Origin: Callorhinchus milii
Taxonomy: Eukaryota
DNA: 51,837 nucleotides
Assembly: GCF_018977255.1 (NCBI RefSeq)
Contig: NW_024705358.1
Location: 1 to 51,837 of the forward strand
Direction: 5' to 3'
The translations under genes were made by a program, and so were the position numbers. The notes under the pieces were generated by a model. The model did no database searches, was not told the origin of the DNA, and saw nothing but the letters and a program-made list of their open reading frames with translations. Positions within the stretch are counted from its first letter, which is position 1; each line of letters opens with the position of its first letter. Positions 15,001 through 27,639 of this stretch are shown here, piece by piece.

Positions 15001-18000
15001 TTTAGTCTCTACTTCGGGTACCGCCGCTTGTGTATGACTTCGGAAGCAAACAGAACGCCATCCACATAGTGCGCTTTTTGGGTCGAAACCATCACAGAGT
15101 ACGATAGTCACCCCACCCGTCTTGGCGAAAAAAGGCGTTCATCACGCATTATTACCCTGGGCCGAACGGCCGCGTAGCGACACATGAATGACACATCTTC
15201 CCTCGAACAAGCAGCAGTGGCAATTCGTCGTTAGGTCTGGGTACTTGTACATTCTGACAATGAGGAACAGGGGCCCCGTGCCGGTTCGTTCTGTCGTGAA
15301 CTATAAAAATACGTGAGAGCGGCCATGGGGTTTTACGGATACTTATCATAAAAGACCGGATTCTATTCGTGATCGCAGTGGTGCTTCAGACATGGACGCA
15401 GCAAGGCCTTCTCATGATAATACATGTTTTGTCATCGAGCTCCGTCGACAAGGATCAGACCACCCGCGTCCGTCTCGGGCCCATAGACACAGCTGACATG
15501 ATGAAGGGCTGTTGCCAGTCGACATTGAACAATCAACCATTACAGCACGTGGACGAAAGGAGCCGGAGAACTTTAACTGGTCTGCGAAGGATCTCGCAAC
15601 ACGCGGTGTTTCAAATCCACTAGCCTATCTAACCAAACCCCGTCGGTTAAGTGACGGGCGTGATACTACGAGATCTGTGTCCGTGAAGAGACTGGACTAC
15701 GCGATTGACAACGCATGGGCAAAGACCCACAAGATGACACGGGGTCTCGTCAACTTACGCCGCCACGTAAAACAGACTGACACTAACCAACTTCGGTACG
15801 CTCTCGGTACACGATATTGACAGAACGAAACAACAATGACGCAAAAAACAGCGAACCATGCCTTATACGCGGTACTATGTAGATCTGTCATCTACGCTTC
15901 ATGGTGGCGGGACAAGGGGCCGCCGGGTGCGTAAGGCACATTGGTAAACATTCAGCCACGGTAGAATATGCCTTACCTCGACTTCTGCCTGTAATCTGGT
16001 TCCTGCCTTCAAAGACCCTGGGGCCCCCGGACGAAAGGCGTCCGGTACGACATTAACGAGGCCAGACTGGTTTATGTCAAAGCGGATTCTCTAATTTCCC
16101 ACTTTGCGGAAGCCCGTGCCACGCCCCGAGGACATTTAAGCTGTTGATTTTCCGCCATCCCTTACGGTCCTTGCTGCATTAGCCTAGACATGACTCCAAT
16201 CAGGAGCTTGGAATTGGAAGAAGCGGAGATTTGACATGGTAAGTCGGGATAGGACACCCAAGTACCGGCTCGAACTGGCATGGGTGCTTATGCATCCAAC
16301 GACGGGAACTGTATGGTGCTCCCATATTCCGGGCCCACAATCAACATGATGATCACCTGGCTTGTTGAAACTTTCGCACAGATGTGCGGCGAGAAATGTA
16401 TTGCTGATAATCGAAAAAACTGGTGGCCCGTTTATACATCCCGGCGACTGTTTTCCCTATGACTGTTTAATGGAAACAAGAGGGGGCCTAGGCTGCTGTC
16501 GAGTCGTGACATGGGTTCTTAGCATATTGCCAAGATGCGACGCTAATTTCTATCGTTCCCAAAGGATTAGCCAATCGGGCTGCCTACGCCTCCTGTGAAC
16601 CATGCACGTGAAGAGATTGACGAGCGCGTCGCCCGAATGAAAGTACAACGTTGGGCCTCGCAGGCGCGCATAAGGTTGAAAGGTCAACACAGACAACCGG
16701 GTAGCTCGCTTACTATTGCAGGGGCCACTCTCGTAAGTAATCAGAACGAAAAGCAAAGAGAGCGGAGCGAGGATTCCGCCAGTGGGTCGAGTTGAGCGTA
16801 CAATATTGTGTAATAAACGTTGGTCTTCTATGTCCAAGTGGCAATGCTTGGGGTTTAACAGCCTACACCCAACCGCACTGGGTGTCAGGGTTCGGGTATC
16901 AGGAGAGATTTCACGTATGTAAAACTCTAGACAGATAATTCGACCTAGAAATCACACACAGTGACTCACAGGAATAGAGAAATAGGAATATACACCCACA
17001 TCAGAAAGCCTGGGAGGGGAACCCTGTTGACTGGTTTGATCTTGAAGGAGTCTTATCGGAACTGCGTAGTAACGGTATTCCTTCCGCGTCCTTACTTTCA
17101 CACCATGCGCGCGAGCCACGCTGAGCAGCGGAAGGAACGTCATAATATGCTAGAAAGGTGACTGGATCGTCACGCGGTGGGTGGCTTAAAGCACCTAACC
17201 TACATTAGCCGTAAGCACTGTGATGCGTCACATTCAAATGCACGGGGGCTTCCACTATCCCGGAAGTGTTAGACGAAGGAGATGTTAATCACTAGACTTC
17301 CTCCATCTGATTGCAATGCGATCCTGGTCCGGGAGGACATATAAGTTAACTATTATGGAGTGTAATGATGGACCCATGAGGTTGGTAGGCAAGTTTCCGG
17401 GCCCACAACGGATAGAACCACTACTCGTGGAATTTGGGTTATGAAAAACTATCCCAAACGGATCCTTGTTCTGGGCCCACTCGGAGAACGTTAGGTTCGT
17501 GGGGTAGCATACCCTATCCTCTGCCGATCCCCAATCTTTGAACAACAAAATACCGCACATAGGAACGTGATAGCACCAATCGAGACGAGAATCAACTAAT
17601 ACATGACCTCTCGCTGTGGGTATCTAGGAGAATCTACGTCCCAGATCCTAACTGGAGTATTGGATAAATTCTCCTTTCACTTTTATAACGACACGCCTGG
17701 ACGGAAGAAGGAGCGTCGACAACCGATCCATCTTATTCTTCTTCACGTCAGCTTTGAGCAGTGAGAAATGCATGAAAATCCATACCAAGATGTCTACATC
17801 GACAAATCAACACATCCCTTGATCTGCGCATAACTGTCGGCAGACGGCGTTCTTACGGGGGGTAGTCCTTGTTAGATCCCGAACAACACGAGGTCCAATA
17901 ATCCACTTGCGTTTATACAAAGTGGATCCTTAGAGGGCTTATCAATGTATGAAAGTTATAAAATTCCGTCAACTTTGTTTAGATTCAGACGCGGGAATTA

Positions 18001-21000
18001 CGCCCCGGCCACGGGCAACACAAGGAAGTACGTCAAGATAGACAGTGATTGGACGCGACTTAAAAGGCGGTCTTAGCTTTCTAATCATGCGAAAGACAGT
18101 GTTTAGTGTCACTATTCTAAGAAAGGACACCACCCGCCATTTATTGAATCTTTCTGCGAGCCTCCTGAGCCATGTAGACCCGCCATAGCCTTATTTGTTA
18201 TGTCAACTTTTGCGGTAAGATAAGCGCATATGTGCTAGTGCGCAAAGTTTAGCCTCATCCAAAAATCATGCTCGGGTTTCATCGGAAATGTAGGAGGAAG
18301 GTTTTGGCGACGTAAGTAATCCGTTGCGCAAGGCTCCTTTTCTTATCACCAGAGGGCGGCACACGTCCTGACGGTCGTACAGCCTGCCATCGACAGGGGT
18401 TAGAGCACACACTAGAACTTATTTGCAATGCGCAGGTGATGCTCTTCATAGTTTCTCGCAGTGGGATCATTCCTGATGTACGATCTGGCAGTGGGAATCG
18501 TGTTTATTCTTAGACCCAGGTTCAAGATAATACAGTTTGTGTGAGGTCGTCGGATGTTGGAGAATAAAAGGCGGATAAATCAGCCCACCTAGGGCGATCC
18601 ACTGCTGTTTAACTTAAACAGAGAGGACAGGGGCCGAGGTGAGAACATCGTCACGAAGGACAGCAACAGCATCGACTGCGAGATTCTGGAATATTGCAGA
18701 TAACTAGACTGATTAGAGCGATGAAACAATGCCAAGCAGGAACATAGGCCGAAGTTGATTTTGCCAAGCGTCCGGAAGCCCGGCTGATTTGCATCGGCAG
18801 CCCGTGCCGAAGACCGGGAAACAGGCCCCAAGTTTTTCAACAAGTCCCAATACAGGGTGTTTTCCAGTGAGACGGGGTGGCCTATCGCTGACAAAATACA
18901 GGTCGCGCTTATTCTTCCTCATTACTTCTGCCGGGCCGTGCAAGGCTTAAATGACGACTTGACCAGAGTCATGAATTGAAACGCGCTGCGACCAGCAGGA
19001 GCGGCGCCCATGTCATAACCGTCGCTACCCGACGGCCAACTAACGCCCGGCAACAAGGCACTAGAGACGGCGCCGGGCGGCAGCACGGGACAAAATGTTA
19101 AAAACGGGCAAATTATAGAGCGATGCTCAGGGCCAGGCAATTCAGTCATCCAGCAAAAGTTAACAGTCGCTTCATCCGTGTTGACCCCGACAAGGTTCTC
19201 TAGTGAGAAAGTCCCCGAGCTCGTAATAACATAGGGAATACGAGACTAATTCTCTCCCGGAGATGGAAAAAACCAACACCGTAATGGAATAAGGGTCAGG
19301 TGAACCTAGAGGTTTTCCGCATCAACCTGCATGCGTTGAGCACTGTCCCCCTTGGATAAAAGTTACCACGCGATATGACTAATGATCGACCCCACCATGC
19401 CCAAGCCGTGACTCGAGGCTCGGATCATAGGACGGATTCCATCGCGCCTCACTTTAATTGCAGGTTCAAGCAGCATAGGATCGTCAGCCCCTCACGTAGA
19501 GCGCCAAGCGGTAGGTACATTCACTATCAAAGAAGACCTAACAACACTTCTCAGGGCTTAACCATCATTGGCTTAACTTGGATGACGGGACCGTAGATCG
19601 TTTGAGAGCAGTGACAAAGAACCTTTTCCACTAACATGTGAGAATTCGCGGGGCTCCGCGGTGACACAGTGCCGATAAAAGTCAGTGGTTTCTTGGGTTT
19701 GTGGTGTACTCCTGCGGCGCACTTACCGTGGTGAGGTAATTATCAATCGGACGCCTCCCCGGTTGAGCTGGAGTAGTCCATGCGTCGGCTGCTTTGACCA
19801 CTTTCTACTATCTTGCTTCCAACAATATCAAATAAGGTGCCACACGTCTAGGTCCACTTGACCACCAGTGCACGGCGTGTCAGATGCCCTATATCACTGA
19901 GCACAATATCGGGGACAGACTTCGGTTTTTATTGTACTCTGCAGTGTCAGAACCTCTTAGGGATTTATAACTTAAATATGACAACGCTGCGAAGCACGTA
20001 GGTCATTCCTGATCGTACGTGACCAGCTGTCGTGACGTGACCCAGTGTGGGGGCATCATGCAGCTTTTTACTAGTTAACTCGTGTGAGCTCCACAGATCG
20101 CCAAATATTTGAACATCTAAGCGAGAGTACGCGGCGTATGTCCCAGGTTGTCCTCGATTGTACAGATAGGCCTCCCGATTACACCGGCCGGAAAGGGTGG
20201 TTACCCCTACCTTCCTGTGCGGCGAGCGATAGTAGAGGAGTGTACGCTTCGTGGTCACGCTACGTATGCGGTGGTGCAGCAAGCAACGCCCGGGCCACAA
20301 AGGCCAATCGTATGCGCGCGAAATCTGAGAATCTATAAAGTAAGACGCAAATCATCGGTCACCTCGAGTTGCTCTGTTATTTCAATTGAAGGCATCGTAA
20401 ATATCCGACTTCCGTTGAGTGGAACCTCCTGCCAATGTCAAACCATCTAATAGCCCCTTGTCCGTTACCCTGTGGCAAACTAGGGACGTAAGCACCCCAA
20501 CGGCACGTACGTCACCTTATGCGAGGAACTTCTGGAGGGGTTATAAAGTACAGCAAAGCATCGTAATAACGTTCGCAATACAGACGAGACTCCGGCGTTT
20601 ATAATATTCACAAGAATCTGTCATCCGACTGAGACCAAACGAGCACTGTTACTGCGGCGTGTGCCGGACAAGAGATGTGGAATGCAAGTCTGAACGACGC
20701 ATCGAGGTGACGAGATGGTCCACCTCCGGGGCCTGTGAGACGTTCAGGATCGTTCACTCATAGTTTCGGCAGTCATTTCCTTGCGAGGTGGGACAGGAAG
20801 TCATAAATCCTTGCAAGTTAAGAACTCTACTGCTGTGTGGTGGCTCAAGTGCCCTATATGATTGGTATACTTCAACCTTACGTTGACTGACCAAAGCAAG
20901 CCGAAATCTTTCGCGATACCTATTAGGAGGCGACTCGAAGCTTCACGATCGCCAAGAGGAGCTGCGGGGTGTTTGTAATCACTCATTTACTTAGCTAAGC

Positions 21001-23430
21001 AACCTTCACCCGTGGTTAGTTCCCATTAGAAACTTAACTTAACTATTTCATACTGACCCCGTTATGAGACTTATACCAAAGTTCTGGAATAGAAACCTTC
21101 ACTCAGAGGCAGCGTGCTAAGACCCTGAATCCTTTGATCACGCGCCCAAAGCTAGCGCGGGGTCCTTGGACATTTGCATTTACGCGGTTTTGATACGTTT
21201 CCAAAGTAACCCAAAAATTGCTCGCAGGCGCTGATCACTGACAATTTTTCTTCCACATTAGCGTTAATCTATCGCGGTGGGTTGGGCAAATTTCCGTGCA
21301 CATCTAGGTGGGCCGGAGTGTGACGGCTACGTTCTGTGCCGCTGAAGGATATCCATCTTACGGGGAATTCTTTAGTGTCCATACGGAACACTTTTCTAAG
21401 GGTATCTAGGCGTGAAAATATACAGACTTAATCCGAAAGACTTAAAATACAATCTGTGCCGCAGTAATACGCGGAGCGCCTCAGGGCGATAGCGCACCGA
21501 CCGTGCAAGTAATCATATTGAGACCAAAAGAGTACAGTCGAGACCGAGTGCTATAGCGCTCGTCAAAATGTGCCGGCGCGAATTACTACAGACCCCTCCT
21601 ACTAGACTTTACGGAGCGGCATATGTCATATAACCTTTCGGCATACACATCAAAGACGCTAGGCTCAAAATACTTCAGCGTATAAAAGGTGTAACTCTCA
21701 TAAACGTACCATCCCTCTATCGATCCAGAGGTAGATAGATAGACCTGATTATGCGCAAAAGGCGGTTGTATTTCCAAGGGTCTCAGTGTCAGCAAGATGT
21801 AGTGAAGCCAGGTTGCCTGGTAAGGATCTAGACCCTACCTACAATTCAAGTCCTACTGTTGGCGTGATGAAGCCCCACCACGTACTGTTAAGAGGGACGG
21901 TGGCAATCGCATGCGGGGAGGCGCTAGCAGCTCAGAAGGGTATCCAAATCACCGCTCCTCTAATCGAGATTTTCACATGACCGGCACGTGGAATGGGGAT
22001 ATTAGTATACGTCAGGGAACTGATGTTAAGGCCGGCATAAGTCCTTACTCCGATTTTCTTCGCAGGGCACCGGATCTGCATAGGTCTGAGGACCGACGCG
22101 GCGAGGGCTCAACCAGTCCATAAGCGTAAAACGGATCTAACTAATAGCGAGTATGCACGACCAAGCGCGCACTCTAGCGTCCGTCCGCATGCTCACAATC
22201 TGTAATGAGGTCACATTGCAAAACACTTCTTAGAAGCTGTGGAGACCTCCTCTCCGAGGCACTACAAGAGGTATGAGGAATATACGTTCATCAAGGCCTT
22301 CAGAAACAGAACTAGCGCTGTGCCCGTCGATCTCAGGCTGTACCCAATTGGCTAAACTTCGATATCTGTTTGGCCGTTCCCGCTAGCAATTCTACTGAGT
22401 GTTAATACCGGCTCAAGTGAAGATTAGTTGTCTTATTCCACAGATCTTTATGCTAACTTATCCAAGAACGTGTCTTTTCCTATTCTACCCGGTATTCAAT
22501 CTGTAGTCCGGCTATTGGGATTTACGAACCATGACCAAAAGTGGTACGACCTGAGAGTGCCCTTGCCACGCATAAAGAAAAGGAAGACAGGATAGGCAAA
22601 TTGCTATGGACCATAAACGCGATTTATAATCCTCAATGAATTTTGTGGATAGTTGTCCTGAGTGTAAACGGAGCACATTCGAGTACCGTGAGAATGTTGC
22701 CAAGTTACTCCGTCGGACCTCTGTATCATCTTGTCCTGTTGGACGGTGCGAACGACCCCCAATTGCAGGGAATGCACTACGTGAATCTCGATGGCTAAGT
22801 GAAGTCGGCCTCGACAGCGGCCAGACACATCAGAGGCCTCAGGGAATCAAAGTCATAAATTTGCCTATCGAACAGCCGCTCCCCCTCACCCGAAATTGTG
22901 CCACACTGCATTTTTGATACTGCTGTCCTGGAAAAAGTTCCCAAGTTGAGTTATTATTCCCTCTTTATCCTAATGGCCAGAGATAACCCATATGCCCTAG
23001 CACTGCGAGTCTTTGTAAGCATGCCGTGACAGTCGAATCCTCTGAACGGCTTATAGATCTTATTACATTCGAACACACATCTTGGCCATGCAGATCTCCG
23101 TCCCTCGATTGCGCACGTGACAATCGTGAAAACACACGCTTCAACACGCTAACGGAGGCAATGGAAACGAGTCGTGTACCCGCAGAGACCTGGTGTGTCA
23201 TGAAGCGTCAACCCGCATGACCGAACTTCATGGAAAATGGTTTAAAGAATTGGGAAGCGCTTAGAGAATGAGTTGGGCCTCCAAAGTGACGGAAGGGCGC
23301 AATGCCGGGAAAGAATCCCCTCGACGAGATGTGGTTAAGACAGTTAGGTCCGCAGCTTGATCGCATCGTTTAGCCAGCGTGGTCACCTTATAGTAACAAG
23401 CGATTGACGTACAAAGTCGGTCACTCTGTG
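1..23430. other. Featureless, random-like sequence (possible synthetic padding or shuffled DNA); no supportable genes
   Basis: By eye: roughly uniform base use, frequent CpG and TpA, no homopolymer over about 7 nt, no microsatellites or AT-rich tracts. All ORFs are 118 aa or shorter with no recognisable motifs. The texture changes abruptly at about 23.43 kb. Confidence 0.8.
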
Positions 23431-23432
23431 CT

Positions 23433-23635
23433 AGAGGTGGACCGAGTCATGTGACTGGACTCGAGTCAGACTCGAGTCATGAATTGATGACTTCAGACTC
23501 GACTTGGACTTGCATAACAATGACTTTGTCCACCTCTGAGATGTGGACTCGAGTCATGTGACTTGGACTCGAGTCAGACTCGAGTCATGAATTGATACTC
23601 AGACTCGACGACTTGCATAACAATGACTCCACCTG
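23433..23635. mobile_element. Two tandem copies of a short non-autonomous hAT-like DNA transposon (MITE) rich in GACTCGAGTC palindromes
   Basis: Copy 1 has terminal inverted repeats AGAGGTGGAC (23433-23442) and GTCCACCTCT (23528-23537). Copy 2 (23538-23635) repeats the same body (gagtcatgtgac(t)tggactcgagtcagactcgagtcatgaattgat...gacttgcataacaatgact) with small indels. The hAT assignment is from recalled fish MITEs. Confidence 0.65.
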
Positions 23636-23721
23636 CACAAGTGACAGAGGGTCGCAAAATGCCGATTTATTACTAATAAACCCCAATGATCCGATAAAAA
23701 TGAGGGATTTCGATCGGATCA

Positions 23722-23771
23722 TTGGGGGGGTCACGTGCATCCCCCCCCCCCCCCCACTAGCTCCGCCAGTG
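23722..23771. mobile_element. Possible single end of a Harbinger/PIF-like MITE
   Basis: A G7...C15 subterminal hairpin is followed by CTAGCTCCGCCAGTG (23757-23771), which resembles CAGTGGCGGA-type termini. No partner end was found. Confidence 0.3.
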
Positions 23772-25081
23772 ATCGGCGCAATCTTGGCACGAGCGTTTGC
23801 TCTCACGGAATCAAATCCCGGTCATTTATATTGGAGAACGTTCGGAAGCTTTAATTTAATTCGCAATGCCACCTGGGAATACATGCTCAACTATATTCAC
23901 AACTATCAGAGAGAGACGCAGCATTCGATTGGAGCGACGGTACTTAACAAAAGTAGTTTATGCCAACTTTATAACGTTGATACGCAAAATCCTCTCCGAG
24001 TCATCCATACTCTTATTCAGGACGATTCTGGTGATGATGTCCACCAAGTTACTTAAAATGAAGAATTACTGGATTGGAATCAGAACGTATTTGATGTTCA
24101 TTGAACAAAACACCGGAGGGATGTTCCCAGCAACTACGTATCGTGTGTGATGACATCGATAAGTGTAAAGTTTACCCCAGAGTTGAACATTCACAGAACG
24201 ACTTGAACATCCATGCGCAAGTTGGCAATGTTTGGTACCCACATCCAACTTCTAGACCAAATTAGGTACGATTATTCATAAACGTAATCACTCATTATTA
24301 CGTCACCCCCCACCCCCTGCGAGATTAATTGAGAGGGATGGCGAACGAGAGAAGGAGATAACGAGCGAGAGAGAATTTGAGGAGAGGGTAAGAGAGAGGG
24401 GAGGGGATTATATCTGTGGTCAACCACCCCTCGGTATCTCAACCCGCGCCGTGAAATCCCCGTGCGCTCGCGAGCAGCATCCTCGCAGAGCCGGCCCTGC
24501 AGCCAGGATTAGAGCGCACGGTTTGAAATGGGCAAAGGCGGCTTGCACATCGGACTTTAACCAAGCGAGTGTAAAATGCGTTGGGAAGTGGGGGGTTTAG
24601 TTTAGTTTTTTCCCTTCCCCGACACCACAACGCCTCCACTGCCAGGGCGGCCCGCCGCGTCCCCTCACTTTTGTGTTTGCTATTGAGTGCAATTGCGAAC
24701 AAGAGCCATATCGGACACGAGTACATCGAATCGGCATGCCCATTGGTTGAGTGCGGCTCGAAGACTCGTGCCTACAAGGCGTGTGGTGAAGTTCTAAGAT
24801 GCCCACGTGCGCTCGGCATCTGAAGGCCTGAAGACCAGAATTGGTGATTTCGCCGACGTGTTTGAATCAAGCGAGGCAGTTCCATTATCGGCACAGCAGA
24901 GCAAAAGGGGGCTTCTTCTGCCCAGGGAGCGATGTTTTTCGCGTCGGCTGTTCGCGCCTCTTGACGCCCGTCGGGACGCATCGCTTTTCGTTGACAAGTT
25001 AAAAGCACGATTGAATATTGCCGAAGCTGCTCTTGGCGGCGCATTTGCCAAAATCGTATGGTCTCTTTTGTTTCATACTCT

Positions 25082-25175
25082 TTGGTTCTTTCGGTAGTCA
25101 CGTAGGTGAAAATAAAAATAAAAAATAACTATATCACGACGTTTCGGAGGCAACACAAGCTTCCGTCATCAGGTG
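25082..25175 (-). mobile_element. Penelope-like element terminal repeat (pLTR) fragment, copy 1
   Basis: The minus strand reads hammerhead motif, then a T-rich spacer, then CCTACGTGACT-ACCGAAAGAACCAA. This tail is shared with 35652-35765, 40774-40851 and 40974-41073. Confidence 0.65.
25135..25175 (-). ncRNA. Minimal type I hammerhead ribozyme (PLE-type)
   Basis: Minus strand: CAC CUGAUGA C GGAAGC UUGUGUU GCCUCC GAAACGUC GUG. This gives stem I CAC/GUG, a CUGANGA core, stem II with one A-C mismatch, GAAA, palindromic ACGU and a GUC cleavage triplet. Confidence 0.7.
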
Positions 25176-27029
25176 GGACAACCACAGCATTTTTTTTTAC
25201 TGTTTTATTTTTATTAGTCGCAAGAGCCGCGTCTTTACTCATTCAGTGCTCCGAATCGCACGCTTGATTTAATTCGCTTAAAACGAGGTGGTTTAAATAA
25301 AAATAAAAAAACCCCGTGATTAAATCAAAGTGAGCCTGCTCTATTTTGCAAACGGTCTTGAACAAAAGTAGCAACCGTGGGGGCCGATGCTGCCTTGAAG
25401 AAGTGTATAAACCACAGTTTCCCAGTGGGGTTCGCTCATTGCTAAAACACAACTCGGCACTTGAGTTCACAGTTTCCAGTGCTTGCAAATGTATTCCATT
25501 GTGAGGGGTCGAATGGGCGCACGACACAAGCACACGCTGTGTGCGCGGGGTGAGGTCAGCACTCCTCTGGCGCTGACAGCAAAACAAACGCAGCCCCAAC
25601 CGCCTTTCGAGTCGCCTCCAAATGGGCCGCGGATTAAATTGCTCGTTAAATCTAAATTCGAGTATTCGGGTGCTTCTGTCGGTGGATTGTAAAACCACCG
25701 AGTTGCAGACCGTTGGATGTCAGGCGGGCTTGTTCCCTTTTTTTTGCAGGTGCGCGTTTGTGTTTGGGCGTGCACGAGACAATTGATACTTTGGCAGTTA
25801 CACATCACAAATAATACACTCGCAAACTAATGCGTGCGCGTTGATTTGTGCGTGCGCGCGCGTTTTTGTGCTTGTGTATTTATACATGCGAATGTGGATG
25901 CATCGCATAAATTTAGGAAAGTGTTCTTTGTGTCTTTGTCTGTACATATGCATGACAATGAACCACTATTTCCCTTGCCTACCCGTACTTGTATGCCGTC
26001 TTGTCAGTTGTACGTTGCTGCGCATTTATTCCACCGTGTCCTCGCGAGTATCCGTGCACTGCGCCACGAACGCGGCCACACGAGTTTGATTCTCGCTCAC
26101 GACCAGGACCACTGACGATTATCTGAACCGGTCATGGGCCTCCCTTAGGTCGACTCAGCCTCAAATGATTACCTGGTGCGGATGTGTAAACATCACCACT
26201 GGGGAGACAAAGGCGGCCGGGCGTGGTGTTGCCCACCCACCTCCCTCGTGTGCCGTGTCGGTCTTCAAAGGTGCTCGCTAACAGAACTTGCCCCAACAGA
26301 CTGCCGAGGCTAAACAGGGGATCTTTGTTTTTGCACGTGCGTGCGCGCGCTGATCTGCCACTTACAGCGTCCTCGGAATCGCATCCCTCCACGCTCATCA
26401 GCAGTTCGCAATGCCTCGTAATCGCTGCCACCACTGCTGGCACCGCCTGCACTCGGCGTCACCTGTCACCAGGCACCGCTCTCACGCAGGCGGCCGCTGC
26501 TGCCGCTGCTGCGTTGGAGGGTGCCCGAGTGGCTCGTTGCAGCTTTGTGGAGACGTCTGAAGCCGTTGCGTGCGACGCTTGATCAAACAGGGCCATGCGT
26601 CGAGAAGCGCTGGTTTCCGGGGCAAATGCTTGGAGCAACCACTTCACACTCACTTACTCACGCGCGACACTTACTCGCAAACACGCACTCGCTCGCTCAT
26701 ACACACTTAGCCCGCTTGTCCGCCTCGTGTGTGTGTGTGTGGTGTGGATGCCTCTCGAGGTATTCCGCATGAAATATAAGCTCGACGAGCCATTACCTCG
26801 TGCTTGTTGTGAGTAAATGCTGTTGTGCATTTGTACTTGTTTTGCTCTCGTGTTTGGCTGTGGAGAAAAGTTCATATTGTAGGTCAAATAAAAAAAAAAG
26901 CCGTGGTCGTTTCAGATTTGTACACTGATTATACACTCCAGCTTAGATTTATGTCGTGCATAAATGCCACTGCATCTCCAGACGCTGTTCTAATAGGGGG
27001 GGGGGGGGGTGGTGGTGGCGTGTGTGCTA

Positions 27030-27639
27030 GGGAACAAAGGGAAGAAGAGAAGCACCTCATTTTCGGTTATTTTCAGAAAGGAGTCGAGGGTTATAAGGCG
27101 AAAAGGGAAATAAGACGCTGCACAGAGAAACACGGGCAGCCGTAGGCAGAGGGGATAAGGAAGTTGTTGGGAATGGTCTCAGCTGTATAGATTATCAGAG
27201 AAGGGGAGTTTGAGATAACGGTCACTATAGAGAAGGAGCAACGTCCCATTAAACAGAAGATGACCCAGGGTTTTTACGAGAGGCCTTGGTTGCTGGAGCT
27301 ACACGGGGCATGTGAAAGGACAGATACTGAAATGGGATAGCAGAGGCAGGCAGTGGTGAGTTCTCATAGGATCTTGGAAAAGGTGAAGCTGAACTTGTGA
27401 TCGATCTAGGATTGAATTAGGAGCCGAGATAGGCAGGTAAGTATCAGGGTTATATTGTCTCGTTAATCAATATAGGGGGTATAGCTTGCACTGTGGGCTA
27501 TTTGGAGGGCGTACAAGAGAGAGCTCGGGTATAGCTTCAGTTGAATGTAAATAAAGCATTAGCTATTGTGATTGTCAGCATCATCATAAACATGCAAATA
27601 GCATGTGTTCCTCCGATGAGCACGGTTGGCTACGTTACA
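27030..27639 (+). mobile_element. Putative 5'-truncated solo LTR
   Basis: A purine-rich, CpG-poorer block with AATAAA at 27550-27555, ending ...GGCTACGTTACA (an LTR-like CA end). No matching TGTAAC 5' end or TSD was found. Confidence 0.3.

Noticed and set aside
258..23220. Numerous 60-118 aa ORFs in the left half
   Set aside because: Lengths are as expected by chance; no motifs, operon structure or recognisable homology.
23592..24056. 154-aa ORF with poly-Pro
   Set aside because: It runs through a MITE and a C homopolymer, with no recognisable domain.
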